A stretch of DNA of 64,000 nt from Minisyncoccia bacterium (GCA_038259265.1 JBBSOY010000001.1:562-64561), one strand, 5' to 3'; positions 18,705 through 29,019 are shown, numbered from the stretch's first letter. Program-made: numbers and translations. Notes: generated by a model from the sequence alone, not told the origin.

Positions 18705-18930
18705 TGGTGATTTTGATTAGCAGTTTAATAAATTAATAAAATAAGTTTCGTAATTGTAAATTTTCTGCAATTGATTAGCAAATGTTCCAAAGGTGTTCGT
18801 CTGCGTAACTACAGTTCGAAAGGGGCTTGCGGAGCGCGACGGCGCGAGCAGGAGCAAAAACGCAGTCAGCGTTTTATGCGTACCCTGGAGAACTGTGGTT
18901 ACGCAGGCGAAATATCTTTTAAAGGATCAA

Positions 18931-21825
18931 CTACTGACAACTATCGCAAATATTTTCTTCAGCTGGATCACTCGGCGCATGAACTTTCATTTTGGGTGCG
19001 CCTTGAGGTGCATTTTGTGACGCCGAGGGAGCGGTGCGCTGAACGTTTGCAAATCCACCAACAAGTCTTTCTTGCGTAGCTGAAACTGGTTTAGCGATTG
19101 TCATTGAATCCATTGATTCTCGATTCATAACGCCAATTTCGCTCATGTCACCGAAACTTTCAACGGACTCAGCATGCTCGCTCGTTGTTTCGTTCATAGA
19201 TTCATGTGACATATGACTCATCATTTCTTTTGGTGCTGGCGCAATGTCGATTTCAACTTCTGAAGCCCGAGGCTGAACCATAACGAGTTCTTTTTCAACA
19301 TCAGCATGTGTTAAGGGCGAAAGGGTTGCACCAGAGGTCGCGCCGACAGTCACACCTGAAGCATCGGTGGCTATTGATGTAAGAGTTGTCTGAAGCGGCA
19401 TGCTGAACGAACGCGGTTCAGACGCACCGACCTTTGCCGCTCCGCCACCCATGACCGCACCGAAACCAAGCTTGCCGAGTTTCTTTGCTTTGTTGACCGA
19501 AACGGTGCTTTGTTCGGCGGTATGGCGCGGCTTCATATGGAGATAGTACGTAGTCTTCACACCCTTTTCCCACGCCGTTGTGTAGATTTTCATTGTCTCG
19601 TCGATGTCGCGCGTTTCGAGATACATATTTCGAGAAAGTGCCTGGTCGATCCATTTCTGGGCTCGAGCGGCAACTTCGATGAATGCATATGGATCGGTCG
19701 TAAAGGAAGTTTTGTAAATGTCTTTGATGTGCTGAGGAATACCTTCAATGCTTGAAATGTCCCCTTGGTTTTCAATAATTTCACCTTTGACTCGATCCCA
19801 AATACCCATGTTTTTCAAATCCTTCACGAGGTTGTGGTTAATGTCAAGATATTTTCCAGAAATTTTATTTCGTGAAAAAACCTGAGCAAAACGAGGATCG
19901 ATGCCGGGGGTTGTTGCAGCAACCAAACCAATGTTTGCATTTGGAGCGACGGCCATAAGCGTTGCATTTCGCATTCCCTTTCGAACTTTTTCTCGGAGCA
20001 AATCCCAATTCAAACCCTTATGTTTGCTTTCTTTTGAAACGGTAATGGCAACACCACGATCTTCTTCGAGTCGGCGAATTGTGTCGATTGGCACCATGCC
20101 TTTTGACCAGCCAGAACCAGGAAAGTTTTTGTACACACCACGTTCGCGAGCGAGGTTTGCGCTTTCATCGATCGCCATGTAGCTCACAAATTCAAAAATA
20201 CGATCGGCAAAATCCCACGCATGTTCGCTGTCGTAGGGCATGCCGAGCTGTTCGAGCGTGTCAGAAAAACCCATCACACCCAAACCGACCGCGCGGTTTT
20301 CTTGGTCGGAACGAGTCGCTTCGGGAATGGCGAGCTTGTTGATGTCGATGAGGTTATCGAGCTGACGAATCGCAAGACGGACAGATTCTTCGAGGCGAGG
20401 CCAGTTAATTTCACGGTTAGAAATATGAGCAGCGAGGTTGAGCGAGGCGAGGTTGCAGACAGCAATGTGGTCTTTGTCCTGTGGCAAACAAATTTCTGTA
20501 CACAAATTCGACATATGAATGGTGCCAGTATTGTTGTTGAGGGCGCGCATGTTGATGGGATCTTTCCAGGTGATCCATGGGTGCGACGTGGTTTGGAGCG
20601 ACACGAGAATTTGGCGGAATTGTTCGCGGGCAGGAACTTTTTTAAAGAGGCGAAGCTGACCCGCATTGGCTTTTTCAATATATTCAGCATACTTTTTGCT
20701 GAACGCTTTGCCGTAGAGCTCGTTTAATTCTGGCGTTTCTTTTGGGTCGAACATGTACCAGTCTTCACCATTTCGAACACGGTTCATGAATTCGTCTGAA
20801 AGAAAGGCGGCGGTGTTGGCGGTTCGCATGCGGAGCAAATCGTCGCCGGCATTGTGTTTCCAGTTGAGGAAATCGGGGAAATCCACGTGCCAGTTTTCCA
20901 TATAAAAACAAAGGGCGCCTTTTTTCTTGCCACCACGCTGCACGGCACGAATGGCCGTGTCTATGATTTTTGCAAAAGGTGTTGGGCCGCTTGAAGTGGT
21001 GTTACTTGAACTAAGCGGTGAACCAGAAGCGCGGAGTTTGGTGATTGAGGCGCCGATACCACCCGAGTCTTTTGAAAGCAAAAGAACGTCCGAGACTGAT
21101 TTTGCAATGTGATGCATGTCGTCGTGAATTTCCAAAAGAAAACAATTGGAAAGTGCGGGACGGGTGGTGCCGGCGCCGAGGTTGGTTGAACCGCCGGCAA
21201 TATATTCGAAACGAGACATCTTGTCGTAAAACTTTTTTGCCATCGCCGTAGGGTCCGCTTCGTTATATGAAAGACCCATGGCAATACGCATGAAAAAATA
21301 CTGCGGAGTTTCTGAAGGTTCCTGTTTTTTATCCTTTAAGACGTAGCGGTTGAGCAAACCGGAGAGGCCTGCATACTGAAAAAGCTCGTCGCGGCGCATA
21401 TCGATGGCGTCTGCAAGTTTTTTAAGGTCGAATTTATCGAGCATGCGTTGGTCGAGCAGGCCGCTTTCGACTCCCCGCTTGATATGGGACGGGAATTCGT
21501 CGCGATGTTTGCGGCGAAGCGTATCTTTTTCATTTTCGAAGTCGCCAATGACGCGACGGTAGACGGTTTTCAAAAGAAGGCGTGTCGCGATGCGGTCGTA
21601 GTCGGTATCTTCTTTGATATTTTGAACAGCAGCGTTGATGGTCGCTTCGTCCATTTCTTGGGTGGTCATGCCGTCGTAAAGCGTAAGCTGGGTTTCGATA
21701 GCGATCTGGGTGACCTTGCTGACTGGGTCGATGAGACCCTCGCAGGCACGCTCGATCGATCGATTAATTTTGTCAGCATTGAACAATTCTTTTGTTCCGT
21801 CACGCTTGGCGATTGAAATTTGCAT
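18931..21825 (-). CDS. nrdA: ribonucleotide reductase class Ia, alpha subunit, with ATP-cone and a long low-complexity C-terminal tail ending in CDSCQ
   Basis: 964 aa. N-terminal ATP-cone (ISIAKRDGTKELFNADKINRSIERA), catalytic core motifs (NLCTEI, SNLC), then about 190 aa rich in S/A/T/E/M before the terminal CxxC. Confidence 0.9.
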   Translation of the reverse strand: MQISIAKRDGTKELFNADKINRSIERACEGLIDPVSKVTQIAIETQLTLYDGMTTQEMDEATINAAVQNIKEDTDYDRIATRLLLKTVYRRVIGDFENEKDTLRRKHRDEFPSHIKRGVESGLLDQRMLDKFDLKKLADAIDMRRDELFQYAGLSGLLNRYVLKDKKQEPSETPQYFFMRIAMGLSYNEADPTAMAKKFYDKMSRFEYIAGGSTNLGAGTTRPALSNCFLLEIHDDMHHIAKSVSDVLLLSKDSGGIGASITKLRASGSPLSSSNTTSSGPTPFAKIIDTAIRAVQRGGKKKGALCFYMENWHVDFPDFLNWKHNAGDDLLRMRTANTAAFLSDEFMNRVRNGEDWYMFDPKETPELNELYGKAFSKKYAEYIEKANAGQLRLFKKVPAREQFRQILVSLQTTSHPWITWKDPINMRALNNNTGTIHMSNLCTEICLPQDKDHIAVCNLASLNLAAHISNREINWPRLEESVRLAIRQLDNLIDINKLAIPEATRSDQENRAVGLGVMGFSDTLEQLGMPYDSEHAWDFADRIFEFVSYMAIDESANLARERGVYKNFPGSGWSKGMVPIDTIRRLEEDRGVAITVSKESKHKGLNWDLLREKVRKGMRNATLMAVAPNANIGLVAATTPGIDPRFAQVFSRNKISGKYLDINHNLVKDLKNMGIWDRVKGEIIENQGDISSIEGIPQHIKDIYKTSFTTDPYAFIEVAARAQKWIDQALSRNMYLETRDIDETMKIYTTAWEKGVKTTYYLHMKPRHTAEQSTVSVNKAKKLGKLGFGAVMGGGAAKVGASEPRSFSMPLQTTLTSIATDASGVTVGATSGATLSPLTHADVEKELVMVQPRASEVEIDIAPAPKEMMSHMSHESMNETTSEHAESVESFGDMSEIGVMNRESMDSMTIAKPVSATQERLVGGFANVQRTAPSASQNAPQGAPKMKVHAPSDPAEENICDSCQ

Positions 21826-22152
21826 ATGGCGTTATGTTTCAAAAATTACCCAGTTTTTTATAAAACCCTCTTATTAAATTTCCCTTAATTTTTAATTACA
21901 TTGCAAAGTTCAATAATTGTACCGCACAAGAAAATTTTTAAGAATAAAAAAAGCCAAAAAAGAAACCCACAAAACATCAAAAAACCACTGTAAAGTGAAC
22001 GCTGCCATATGAGCCTTTAGATTGCTTACGAGTAGAGAAATTTTCGGTGGGAAATTTTTAAAATCAGGAATTTTTTAGCCAAAATTAAGCCAAAAATGGC
22101 ACGTAGGACCCGAGTTATACACAGCTTGAAGCCGTTTGTTTTAGAAGCTATC

Positions 22153-22695
22153 CTAGAAAACCACCTGGTCACCAACCACAACGCCTTGCTGCAGAGCAAA
22201 ACCAGCCGGAACTTCTAAGACGTACTGGGCAACAACCTCCACACCAAAAGCTTTTGGAAAGGTCTCGGGTGACACAGTATTTTCGATGAGCACAATTTTT
22301 TTCTGCTCATCGAGCCAGAGGATGTCGATCGAAAAATTCATGTCTTTCATCCAAAACCCATAGCTGCCCGGTTTTTCAAAAATAAAAAGCATGCCGCGGC
22401 CGTTTTCGAGCGACGGCCGACCCGAAAGGCCGCGCGTTCTGTCGGCCGGTGTCTGCGCGAGGTCAACCAAAATTTTTGCAGTGCCTTGCGCATTCGACAT
22501 AACAAGACTCGTGGTTGAATATAGATACTGCGAATCTGAGACGTTTTTGGTAACCGCAGAAGTAACAATAGTTTGATCAAGTAAAATATCCTTACTAAAT
22601 CTGAGCAATGAAATCACAATACTGATCACAAAGAAAAGTAATAACGCACCCAAAACAAGGTGTATTTTATTTTTTTTAAATTCTAGAGACTTCAT
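22153..22695 (-). CDS. DUF192 domain protein (COG1430), membrane-anchored
   Basis: 180 aa. TRGLSGRPSLENGRGMLFIFEKPGSYGFWMKDMNFSIDILWLD...YVLEVPAGF matches the DUF192 signature. Confidence 0.65.
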   Translation of the reverse strand: MKSLEFKKNKIHLVLGALLLFFVISIVISLLRFSKDILLDQTIVTSAVTKNVSDSQYLYSTTSLVMSNAQGTAKILVDLAQTPADRTRGLSGRPSLENGRGMLFIFEKPGSYGFWMKDMNFSIDILWLDEQKKIVLIENTVSPETFPKAFGVEVVAQYVLEVPAGFALQQGVVVGDQVVF

Positions 22696-22706
22696 TAAGT
22701 AAACAA

Positions 22707-25235
22707 TTACTGCACCACCTCAAAAGAAACCGGGTTTGAAAGTACACCTTCTTGGGTTTTTATTAAGACAGTATAGTCCCCTAAAGGTGTAGGATGATCG
22801 CACTCTCCACTACACACATAATCCGAAATACGAGAGGGTATAGTAAAATCAATGATTTGATAGCTAGAAAATGTTGGCACAAGCTGCGCATAACCATCTC
22901 CATGATCAAGCCAAACTATTGGATTATCCGAAAAATCAGACCCCAAGATTCTCACCTCTGAACCAACTCTACCCACAGTAGGGTCAATAGAAAATATTAT
23001 CGGCGCAGTTGTTACGCGAATAGTCACCTGTCTGTCGCGGCGGTAACCAGTTGTCTTATTAATTACGCTCACTGTGACAGGATATATACCTGGTGGAACA
23101 TTTTCAGGAAGACTAAAATAAATCTCTTGAGATACAGTCCCTGTATCATTATCATTAGGAATAATAGGTATTTCAGGGGGGTATGCAGGTAACCATGCGG
23201 CTGGGATCGAGCTTTCAACCTTAAATTTTGATTCCGAACAAACCACAGAATCACCATTATCAAAGAAGAGAGTGATGAAACCATCTTGTCCTACAGTTAA
23301 AGTTGAAGAATGATAAAGGATTGGATCAAAAATAGGTGTTCCCCTCTGACATTCGGGCTGTTTTACATCGACATCAAAGGTTATTGATGATGTGGCAGCT
23401 TGAATAAATGGACCGATTGTAATTCCGTTATTTACATCAACAAATACTTGCCCGTAGTTTAAGGTTGCTCTCGACAAATCTGTGTTCCAATCCTGAGCGG
23501 TTGGATTCATGTCTAATAGGTGAGGAAATTGATTAACAGGCGATGAGCGTACAATCTTATTGACGAATAAACCCTGGAGATTGTAGAACGTGTCAAAAAG
23601 AGATCCCTGTGTCATACCTATATCAAATCCAGTTCCATTACGATGCTCAAGATAAAAAGGAATGACGGTAGAATTTTCTCTTTGAATTGTTGCGAAGTTT
23701 TTTGAAATATTAATATTTCCGGCCATGACCCCTGCTTCAAGAGCATCTAGGGTGTATCGACCACTTTGTGTGATTGCGATTTTATTTTGAGGTTCTATCC
23801 AACCTAATAACTCTTTGTAAAATGCATTAAAGTGAGTCGCCCGTACACCTGTACCCATCACATCGAAACTGTTTCCATACTCCACATGATCGCAATTTCC
23901 TCTTAATCTTTGGGTTCCACAATCTAAACCGTTTGCGTGCATAACACCCAAATTGTGCCCTGCCTCATGGCTAAAGACAGATTCAAAGTTGCTCAAAACA
24001 TATGGCCCAAGCGGACCATTATATGACTGGCTTAACTCCAAAATTGACGAAAGACCAACCCACCCAATTGATACCAGGTGCTCTGTGCCTTGTGTGGTTA
24101 ATGATACTTTTCCAACAGTTCCTAAACCTCCATAAGTATCTGAAGTAACAACAAATAAACGATCATACGAGCTTAAATCAATGGTGTTATCCGTAATAAA
24201 TTCTTCTATCTCGGGAATATCAACATACGATGAATGATTTCCGTTTCTTGGAAATGGATACCAACCCAACACATCCCCAGAAAAATTAATTTTATTATAC
24301 GATTGCTCTCGGTAAAAATTGTTAAACTTGCCATCAAAAAGAATATTGTGGATGGCGTTTGGAGAAATATTTATCGGATGGGAGTCTCTGAAATCAAGAA
24401 GGAGTACCAAGGTTCGCTGTTCTCCAACTGAATCTGGCTCCTCACGTGGAGAATACGGGTTAACTGGTGGAACAATATGTTCAATGCCTTCAATGTGAGC
24501 AACGAGCACATTTCCTATGCGTAGCCCTTCAATCGTAAACGTTTCACCCGAAGTCGTATATAGAGGGGAGGTAACATACAGTTCTAGTTTTTCATTTCCC
24601 GCTTTCAGAAAGTACCTGAAGTAAGAATTTTTTGAATCTTTAAAATCATCATAGTGTACGACATCTATTTTCCCTGTGAGTGTTACAGGCTTCTCAATTC
24701 CTAAAACAAACGATTGAGGAATCTTTTTTATTGTTTCATCTTTTAATTGAGCAGAGAAAAATAAATTTGCATCCATTTTTGCGAGAGTCGTCAAAAGACT
24801 CGACCGCTCGTCAATTAAAATTTTTAAAGAGGGAGATTGCGCAACCTGCGTACCATATTCACCGTTTTCCGGAAGTTTCTTAATGGAATTTACTGCCTGA
24901 GCACTCAGAGTATCGACTTCTAAAAATTTTGATTCGGAGTCCTGTTGCTGCAAGCTAGCACCGTTTCTTGAGGTTGGTGTGGGGTCATTCTTTAGAAATA
25001 TTGGGATTTGTTTCTGCACATTAAATTCTCCTATTTGCTGGTTAATTCGACGAACTAATAACAATATTTCTTGAGGATTTATTTTCTCTGAAGAAAATTC
25101 ATTATTTTCTTTTTGACTATTGAGCACCACCGCTGCAAGTCCTTTTTGATTTTGATGTCGAAAAAAGATTCCAGCATACACAGCAGCCATTACAATAACC
25201 AGACCGATAATTATATTTACAAAAAAAAATTTCAT
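22707..25235 (-). CDS. secreted metzincin-type zinc metalloprotease (HExxHxxGxxH) with C-terminal IPT/TIG-like domain
   Basis: 842 aa. N-terminal TM/signal, HEAGHNLGVMH zinc-binding motif, C-terminal APIIFSIDPTVGRVGSEVRILGSDFS resembling IPT/TIG. AT-rich (about 38% GC). Confidence 0.65.
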   Translation of the reverse strand: MKFFFVNIIIGLVIVMAAVYAGIFFRHQNQKGLAAVVLNSQKENNEFSSEKINPQEILLLVRRINQQIGEFNVQKQIPIFLKNDPTPTSRNGASLQQQDSESKFLEVDTLSAQAVNSIKKLPENGEYGTQVAQSPSLKILIDERSSLLTTLAKMDANLFFSAQLKDETIKKIPQSFVLGIEKPVTLTGKIDVVHYDDFKDSKNSYFRYFLKAGNEKLELYVTSPLYTTSGETFTIEGLRIGNVLVAHIEGIEHIVPPVNPYSPREEPDSVGEQRTLVLLLDFRDSHPINISPNAIHNILFDGKFNNFYREQSYNKINFSGDVLGWYPFPRNGNHSSYVDIPEIEEFITDNTIDLSSYDRLFVVTSDTYGGLGTVGKVSLTTQGTEHLVSIGWVGLSSILELSQSYNGPLGPYVLSNFESVFSHEAGHNLGVMHANGLDCGTQRLRGNCDHVEYGNSFDVMGTGVRATHFNAFYKELLGWIEPQNKIAITQSGRYTLDALEAGVMAGNINISKNFATIQRENSTVIPFYLEHRNGTGFDIGMTQGSLFDTFYNLQGLFVNKIVRSSPVNQFPHLLDMNPTAQDWNTDLSRATLNYGQVFVDVNNGITIGPFIQAATSSITFDVDVKQPECQRGTPIFDPILYHSSTLTVGQDGFITLFFDNGDSVVCSESKFKVESSIPAAWLPAYPPEIPIIPNDNDTGTVSQEIYFSLPENVPPGIYPVTVSVINKTTGYRRDRQVTIRVTTAPIIFSIDPTVGRVGSEVRILGSDFSDNPIVWLDHGDGYAQLVPTFSSYQIIDFTIPSRISDYVCSGECDHPTPLGDYTVLIKTQEGVLSNPVSFEVVQ

Positions 25236-25244
25236 TGTTTAGCG

Positions 25245-25730
25245 TTATATCCTATTTGGGTGTAACGAGAATGCCGCTTGGTTGTGACCGATATCATTTA
25301 TTGCGCCAACAATGATACTTCGGTTTTCTTCCTTATACCCTTCCGCCTTTATAAAAACAGAATACATTCCGGCCGGAATACTAAAAATATACGACGAGAC
25401 CTCCGTAGTTACACTTGCAAGAACGAGATTATTTTTGGAAATTGTAATCTCAGCTTTTTTTCTGAACGGAGAATCAAACGTCCCCCCATCAAATACTGAA
25501 ATCTTGAACGGAAAAACCTTCATATTTGAGTTGGTGGTACTGATTGATTTTTGAGACTTTGAAGTGTTCTCAGTTTCAGTCTGTGTAGTTGTTTTTGCTT
25601 GAGGAATATTAGAAGCACCATCGACAGCACCTTTGTTTTTTAAATGATAGTAGATACCTCCAACGATTCCCAACACTGCAATAGTTATTAATATAAACCC
25701 CACAAGAAATCCTCTTTGTAAATTTTTCAT
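25245..25730 (-). CDS. membrane-anchored protein with carboxypeptidase-regulatory-like (CarbopepD_reg) beta-sandwich domain
   Basis: Start trimmed to MKNLQRGF (ATG 25730) because the longer track ORF overlaps the upstream terminator. C-terminal ISVFDGGTFDSP...AGMYSVFIKAEGYKE matches the CarbopepD_reg pattern. Confidence 0.45.
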   Translation of the reverse strand: MKNLQRGFLVGFILITIAVLGIVGGIYYHLKNKGAVDGASNIPQAKTTTQTETENTSKSQKSISTTNSNMKVFPFKISVFDGGTFDSPFRKKAEITISKNNLVLASVTTEVSSYIFSIPAGMYSVFIKAEGYKEENRSIIVGAINDIGHNQAAFSLHPNRI

Positions 25731-25745
25731 ACTATAAATTAGTAT

Positions 25746-25780
25746 AACAAAAAACCCACCGAAGGGTGGGTGTTTTGTTT
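25746..25780 (-). terminator. rho-independent terminator after the RRM protein gene
   Basis: acccacc-cttc-ggtgggt stem-loop followed by TTTTTT on the minus strand, with a T-run on the plus side as well. Confidence 0.65.
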
Positions 25781-25845
25781 GGTCATTTAATTGATTGGAA
25801 GATGTTTGGTGTTCCGTACTCGGTTTCCAAAACCCTCCGTTCGAA

Positions 25846-26124
25846 TTACATGTCTCCACGTCGTGGAGGGCGGTCCGTCATAGGACGAGCTTCGCTCACG
25901 GTGAGATTGCGGCCATCAAAATCCTTTCCGTTCCACATGTCAATCGCTGCCATCGCTTCTTCGTCAGAAGACATTTCGACGAAACCGAAGCCTTTTGAGC
26001 GACCGGTCATGCGGTCAGTGATAACACTTGCGGAAACGACGTTTCCTGCCTTTGAGAAAGCTTCCTTCAAGTTCGAATCAGTCGAGCTATAAGGGATACC
26101 TCCTACATACAATTTCTTTGCCAT
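25846..26124 (-). CDS. RNA-binding protein with RRM domain (glycine-rich RBP-like)
   Basis: 92 aa. RNP-2 (LYVGGIPY) and RNP-1 (KGFGFVEM) motifs. Confidence 0.85.
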   Translation of the reverse strand: MAKKLYVGGIPYSSTDSNLKEAFSKAGNVVSASVITDRMTGRSKGFGFVEMSSDEEAMAAIDMWNGKDFDGRNLTVSEARPMTDRPPRRGDM

Positions 26125-26287
26125 TTGGGCTCAATAACGCTAGTTTTTATTATAAGCCGTAAGCGACTAGACACTCCCCTTATCCTTTTCCGCTGAACGA
26201 GTGAAACACCCAACTCAAAACAGAAAACTTATATGAGACACTTACGGCGAGAATAGTACCGCCGGTTCGGGTTTAAGTCAACAGATT

Positions 26288-27361
26288 TCACCGAACTTCG
26301 CAGACAAGTATTTTTGGTCGAAGATATGCATTAACCGATGTCAGGAATTTAAGTTCGAAGCTTCTGACTATTTTAAATTTTGATTTTAAAAGGATTTTCT
26401 CGAGCATGTCGTGTTCGGTGGTGTATACCACGAGTCTGCCTGCTGATGTCAGCGACTTTTCAGCGTACCCAACGAAACGTATATACAACTTCTCGAGATC
26501 TTGGTTTTTTCCAATGACCATACCAAACGGCAGATCTGCAGTGATGACATCGAACATACCGAGGTCTGCACCGAGATCTGAACCAGCACCTAGACCAACA
26601 TCTGGACCAAGACTTGGCGTATCAAAAATGTCTTTTTCGTGCAGACGGATTCGACCAATAAGGCCGGCTTTTTTAATATTCTGAATCGCGAGCGAGAGAT
26701 ATTTTTTATCAGAATCAAAACCCACCAGCGGACCCGCATTCGGATATTCGAGCCCGGCTTCAATAAGCAAGGTGGCGCTGCCGGAAAAAATATTTAAATA
26801 CGATGTCTTCGTCTGTAGTTCACAGAGCGTATTCATGGCAAACGCAATGGTCGGATCAATCGCACCGCTCATGTTTCGAACCTTATACTCGCGCATCGAC
26901 AACGGCCGAGGCGTGATCTGAACGCCAATTTCCCAGACTTCCCCCAGCTTTATGACATGAATTTTTAGATCCGCCTCTTCCGCCTCAACCAAACCAAATG
27001 TTTCGTTTACATACCGAGCGATGCTTCGGGCTTGAGGAGAATCTGAACCGGCACATGAGAGTTTGAAAGTTTTAAACGCGGTCGGATTTTTATTTTTTAT
27101 GAGCTCAATCAAATCGCCGATAATAGATTTATGTTTTGAAACATAGAGCAAATGATATTCTGGATCCTGCGTCACCAGATATGCACGAGAAACACTTTTC
27201 AGACTCGCAACCTTTGAAAAATCCTCGACGAAATCGAGATAGAGCGAATCAATGTCAGTTCGGGCAATATGAAAATCAGCTCGACTTCGAACTTCGTTTA
27301 AAACAAACTCTTGCAAGCCCCACACAAATGAGAGCTTAATCTGTATCTTTTGAGTATCCAT
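26288..27361 (-). CDS. THUMP-domain RNA methyltransferase (class I SAM MTase, DLPFG motif; Trm14/RlmL-like)
   Basis: N-terminal THUMP-like region, FDVITADLPFG motif IV of N2-guanine/N6-adenine RNA MTases. Start trimmed to MDTQK (27361) because the track ORF overlaps tRNA-Ser. Confidence 0.6.
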   Translation of the reverse strand: MDTQKIQIKLSFVWGLQEFVLNEVRSRADFHIARTDIDSLYLDFVEDFSKVASLKSVSRAYLVTQDPEYHLLYVSKHKSIIGDLIELIKNKNPTAFKTFKLSCAGSDSPQARSIARYVNETFGLVEAEEADLKIHVIKLGEVWEIGVQITPRPLSMREYKVRNMSGAIDPTIAFAMNTLCELQTKTSYLNIFSGSATLLIEAGLEYPNAGPLVGFDSDKKYLSLAIQNIKKAGLIGRIRLHEKDIFDTPSLGPDVGLGAGSDLGADLGMFDVITADLPFGMVIGKNQDLEKLYIRFVGYAEKSLTSAGRLVVYTTEHDMLEKILLKSKFKIVRSFELKFLTSVNAYLRPKILVCEVR

Positions 27362-27365
27362 GATG

Positions 27366-27453
27366 TGGCGGAGGGTAGGAGATTCGAACTCCTGGTGGGT
27401 TGCCCCACACACGCTTTCCAAGCGTGCGCACTAGACCGCTATGCGAACCCTCC
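27366..27453 (-). tRNA. tRNA-Ser (anticodon GGA), CCA encoded
   Basis: Minus strand GGAGGGTTCGCATAGCGGTCTAGTGCGCACGCTTGGAAAGCGTGTGTGGGGCAACCCACCAGGAGTTCGAATCTCCTACCCTCCGCCA. 7-bp acceptor stem, anticodon loop TTGGAAA, long variable arm, T-loop GTTCGAATC. Confidence 0.85.
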
Positions 27454-27520
27454 TACTACGAACACAAACCAGACCAACAAACGTAATACATACTGTGGCA
27501 CGCAAAGCGCGGGCTTGTTG

Positions 27521-28411
27521 TTACTTCCCCATTTCGCGGAGCGCAGCGACGCGTTTTTCAGTCGGCGGATGCGTCATAAAAAGTCCTTTTAACTTTTTTG
27601 AAGTGCTGCCAAACGGATTGGCAATGAACAAATGCGCGGTGGCATTGCTTGCGCGCTGCATCGGCATTGTTCCATATTGGGAAATCTTTTCAAGAGCGCT
27701 TGCGAGCCCGGCAGGATAGCGGGTCAACAGCGCACCCGACGCATCGGCCAAAAATTCACGTTTACGAGAAATAGCCAACTGAATCAACACCGCAATAATC
27801 GGCGAAAGAATGGCGAGGACAATGCCGACTATGAAAAAAATCCCCTGGATATTCCCGCCGCGGTCATTGTTGCTTCGCATACCCAAACCGCGGCTCCGCA
27901 AGAAAAAATCGGAAATGAGCGTCACAAAACCAACGAGCACCACAACGACCGTCGACACCAGCGTGTCGAGGTTGCCGATATGCGAAAGCTCGTGGGCAAT
28001 GACACCTTCAAGCTCATTTTTGTCGAGAATGCCAAGCAAGCCCTGCGTGACCGCCACAGCCGCATGGTCTTTGTTTCGACCGGTCGCAAACGCATTGGGT
28101 TGCGATTCGGGAATAATGTAGAGCTTGGGCATTGGCAAACCCGCGGTAATGGCCAAATTTTCAACAATATTCCAAAGCGCTGGATTGCTTTCATGGGTCA
28201 CCGGTTGCGCTTTGTACATCGACAAGACAATTTTGTCTGACTGCCAATAGCTCAACACGTTCATGAAAATACTGACCGCCACAAACACATAGAGGATCGA
28301 TGGATCGGCGTAGAAATAGCTGAAGCCCCAACCGATAGCGATTACCACCACAAAAAACACGGCCATCAAAAACCAAGTCTTTCGAATATTCGAATCGTGG
28401 TGAGCATACAT
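27521..28411 (-). CDS. htpX: zinc metalloprotease HtpX (M48 family)
   Basis: 296 aa. TM helices and the HELSHI zinc motif. Confidence 0.88.
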   Translation of the reverse strand: MYAHHDSNIRKTWFLMAVFFVVVIAIGWGFSYFYADPSILYVFVAVSIFMNVLSYWQSDKIVLSMYKAQPVTHESNPALWNIVENLAITAGLPMPKLYIIPESQPNAFATGRNKDHAAVAVTQGLLGILDKNELEGVIAHELSHIGNLDTLVSTVVVVLVGFVTLISDFFLRSRGLGMRSNNDRGGNIQGIFFIVGIVLAILSPIIAVLIQLAISRKREFLADASGALLTRYPAGLASALEKISQYGTMPMQRASNATAHLFIANPFGSTSKKLKGLFMTHPPTEKRVAALREMGK

Positions 28412-28464
28412 ACTATGGATCGTACACAGTGGCTACAATTCCGACAGGAAAAGTTCGCGGTGTG

Positions 28465-29019
28465 CTAAAACTTTACTTCGACGTTCTGGCGAGCGACATC
28501 GTTGGCTTCGAGATCAAACAAATCCATCTGGGTAAATTTGAATTGTTTGGCGATAAAATTTCCAGGAAAAGAACCGACGGCAGTATTGAGGTCGCGGACA
28601 TTTGCATTGTAAAAACGACGAGCGGCCTGAATTTTATTTTCCGTATCTGAAAGTTCGGCTTGAAGAGCGAGAAAATTTTGGTTGGCCTTGAGGTCTGGGT
28701 AGGCTTCAGAAATTGCAAAAACGGATTTGAGCGAACTAGCGAGAGTTTTCTCGGCTTCGGCTTTTTCTGCGGGAGCGGTTGCTTGCATAGCGCTCGCCCG
28801 AGCCTGCACAACTTTTTCGAGCGTGCCGCTTTCGTGCGCCGCATACCCTTTCACCGTATTGATGAGATTTGGGATGAGATCGTAGCGACGCTTCAACTGC
28901 ACGTCGATATCCGCCAACGCTTCCTTTGAGCGATTTACTTTGCGGATAAAATTGTTGTACGCCCACACAAGCCACACAACGACAGCCACAATAATGATGA
29001 GAAGTATGTACATGAAATT
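28465..29019 (-). CDS. lemA: LemA family protein
   Basis: N-terminal TM then the LemA domain (DIDVQLKRRYDLIPNLINTVKGYAAHE). Start placed at MYILL (29019); the ORF is open to 29112. Confidence 0.75.
   Translation of the reverse strand, partial: NFMYILLIIIVAVVVWLVWAYNNFIRKVNRSKEALADIDVQLKRRYDLIPNLINTVKGYAAHESGTLEKVVQARASAMQATAPAEKAEAEKTLASSLKSVFAISEAYPDLKANQNFLALQAELSDTENKIQAARRFYNANVRDLNTAVGSFPGNFIAKQFKFTQMDLFDLEANDVARQNVEVKF

Noticed and set aside
21826-22152. NrdR box upstream of nrdA
   Set aside because: No 16-bp acaCwAtATaTwGtgt-like palindrome found. The region is simply AT-rich with short palindromes (ttttataaaa).
25731-25859. Upstream extension of ORF 25245..25859
   Set aside because: It runs through the strong terminator hairpin of the preceding RRM gene. 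The internal ATG (MKNLQRGF, followed by a TM) is the credible start.
26288-27421. N-terminal 20 codons of the track ORF for the THUMP methyltransferase
   Set aside because: They overlap the tRNA-Ser(GGA) gene (27366..27453), so the CDS was trimmed to the internal Met at 27361.
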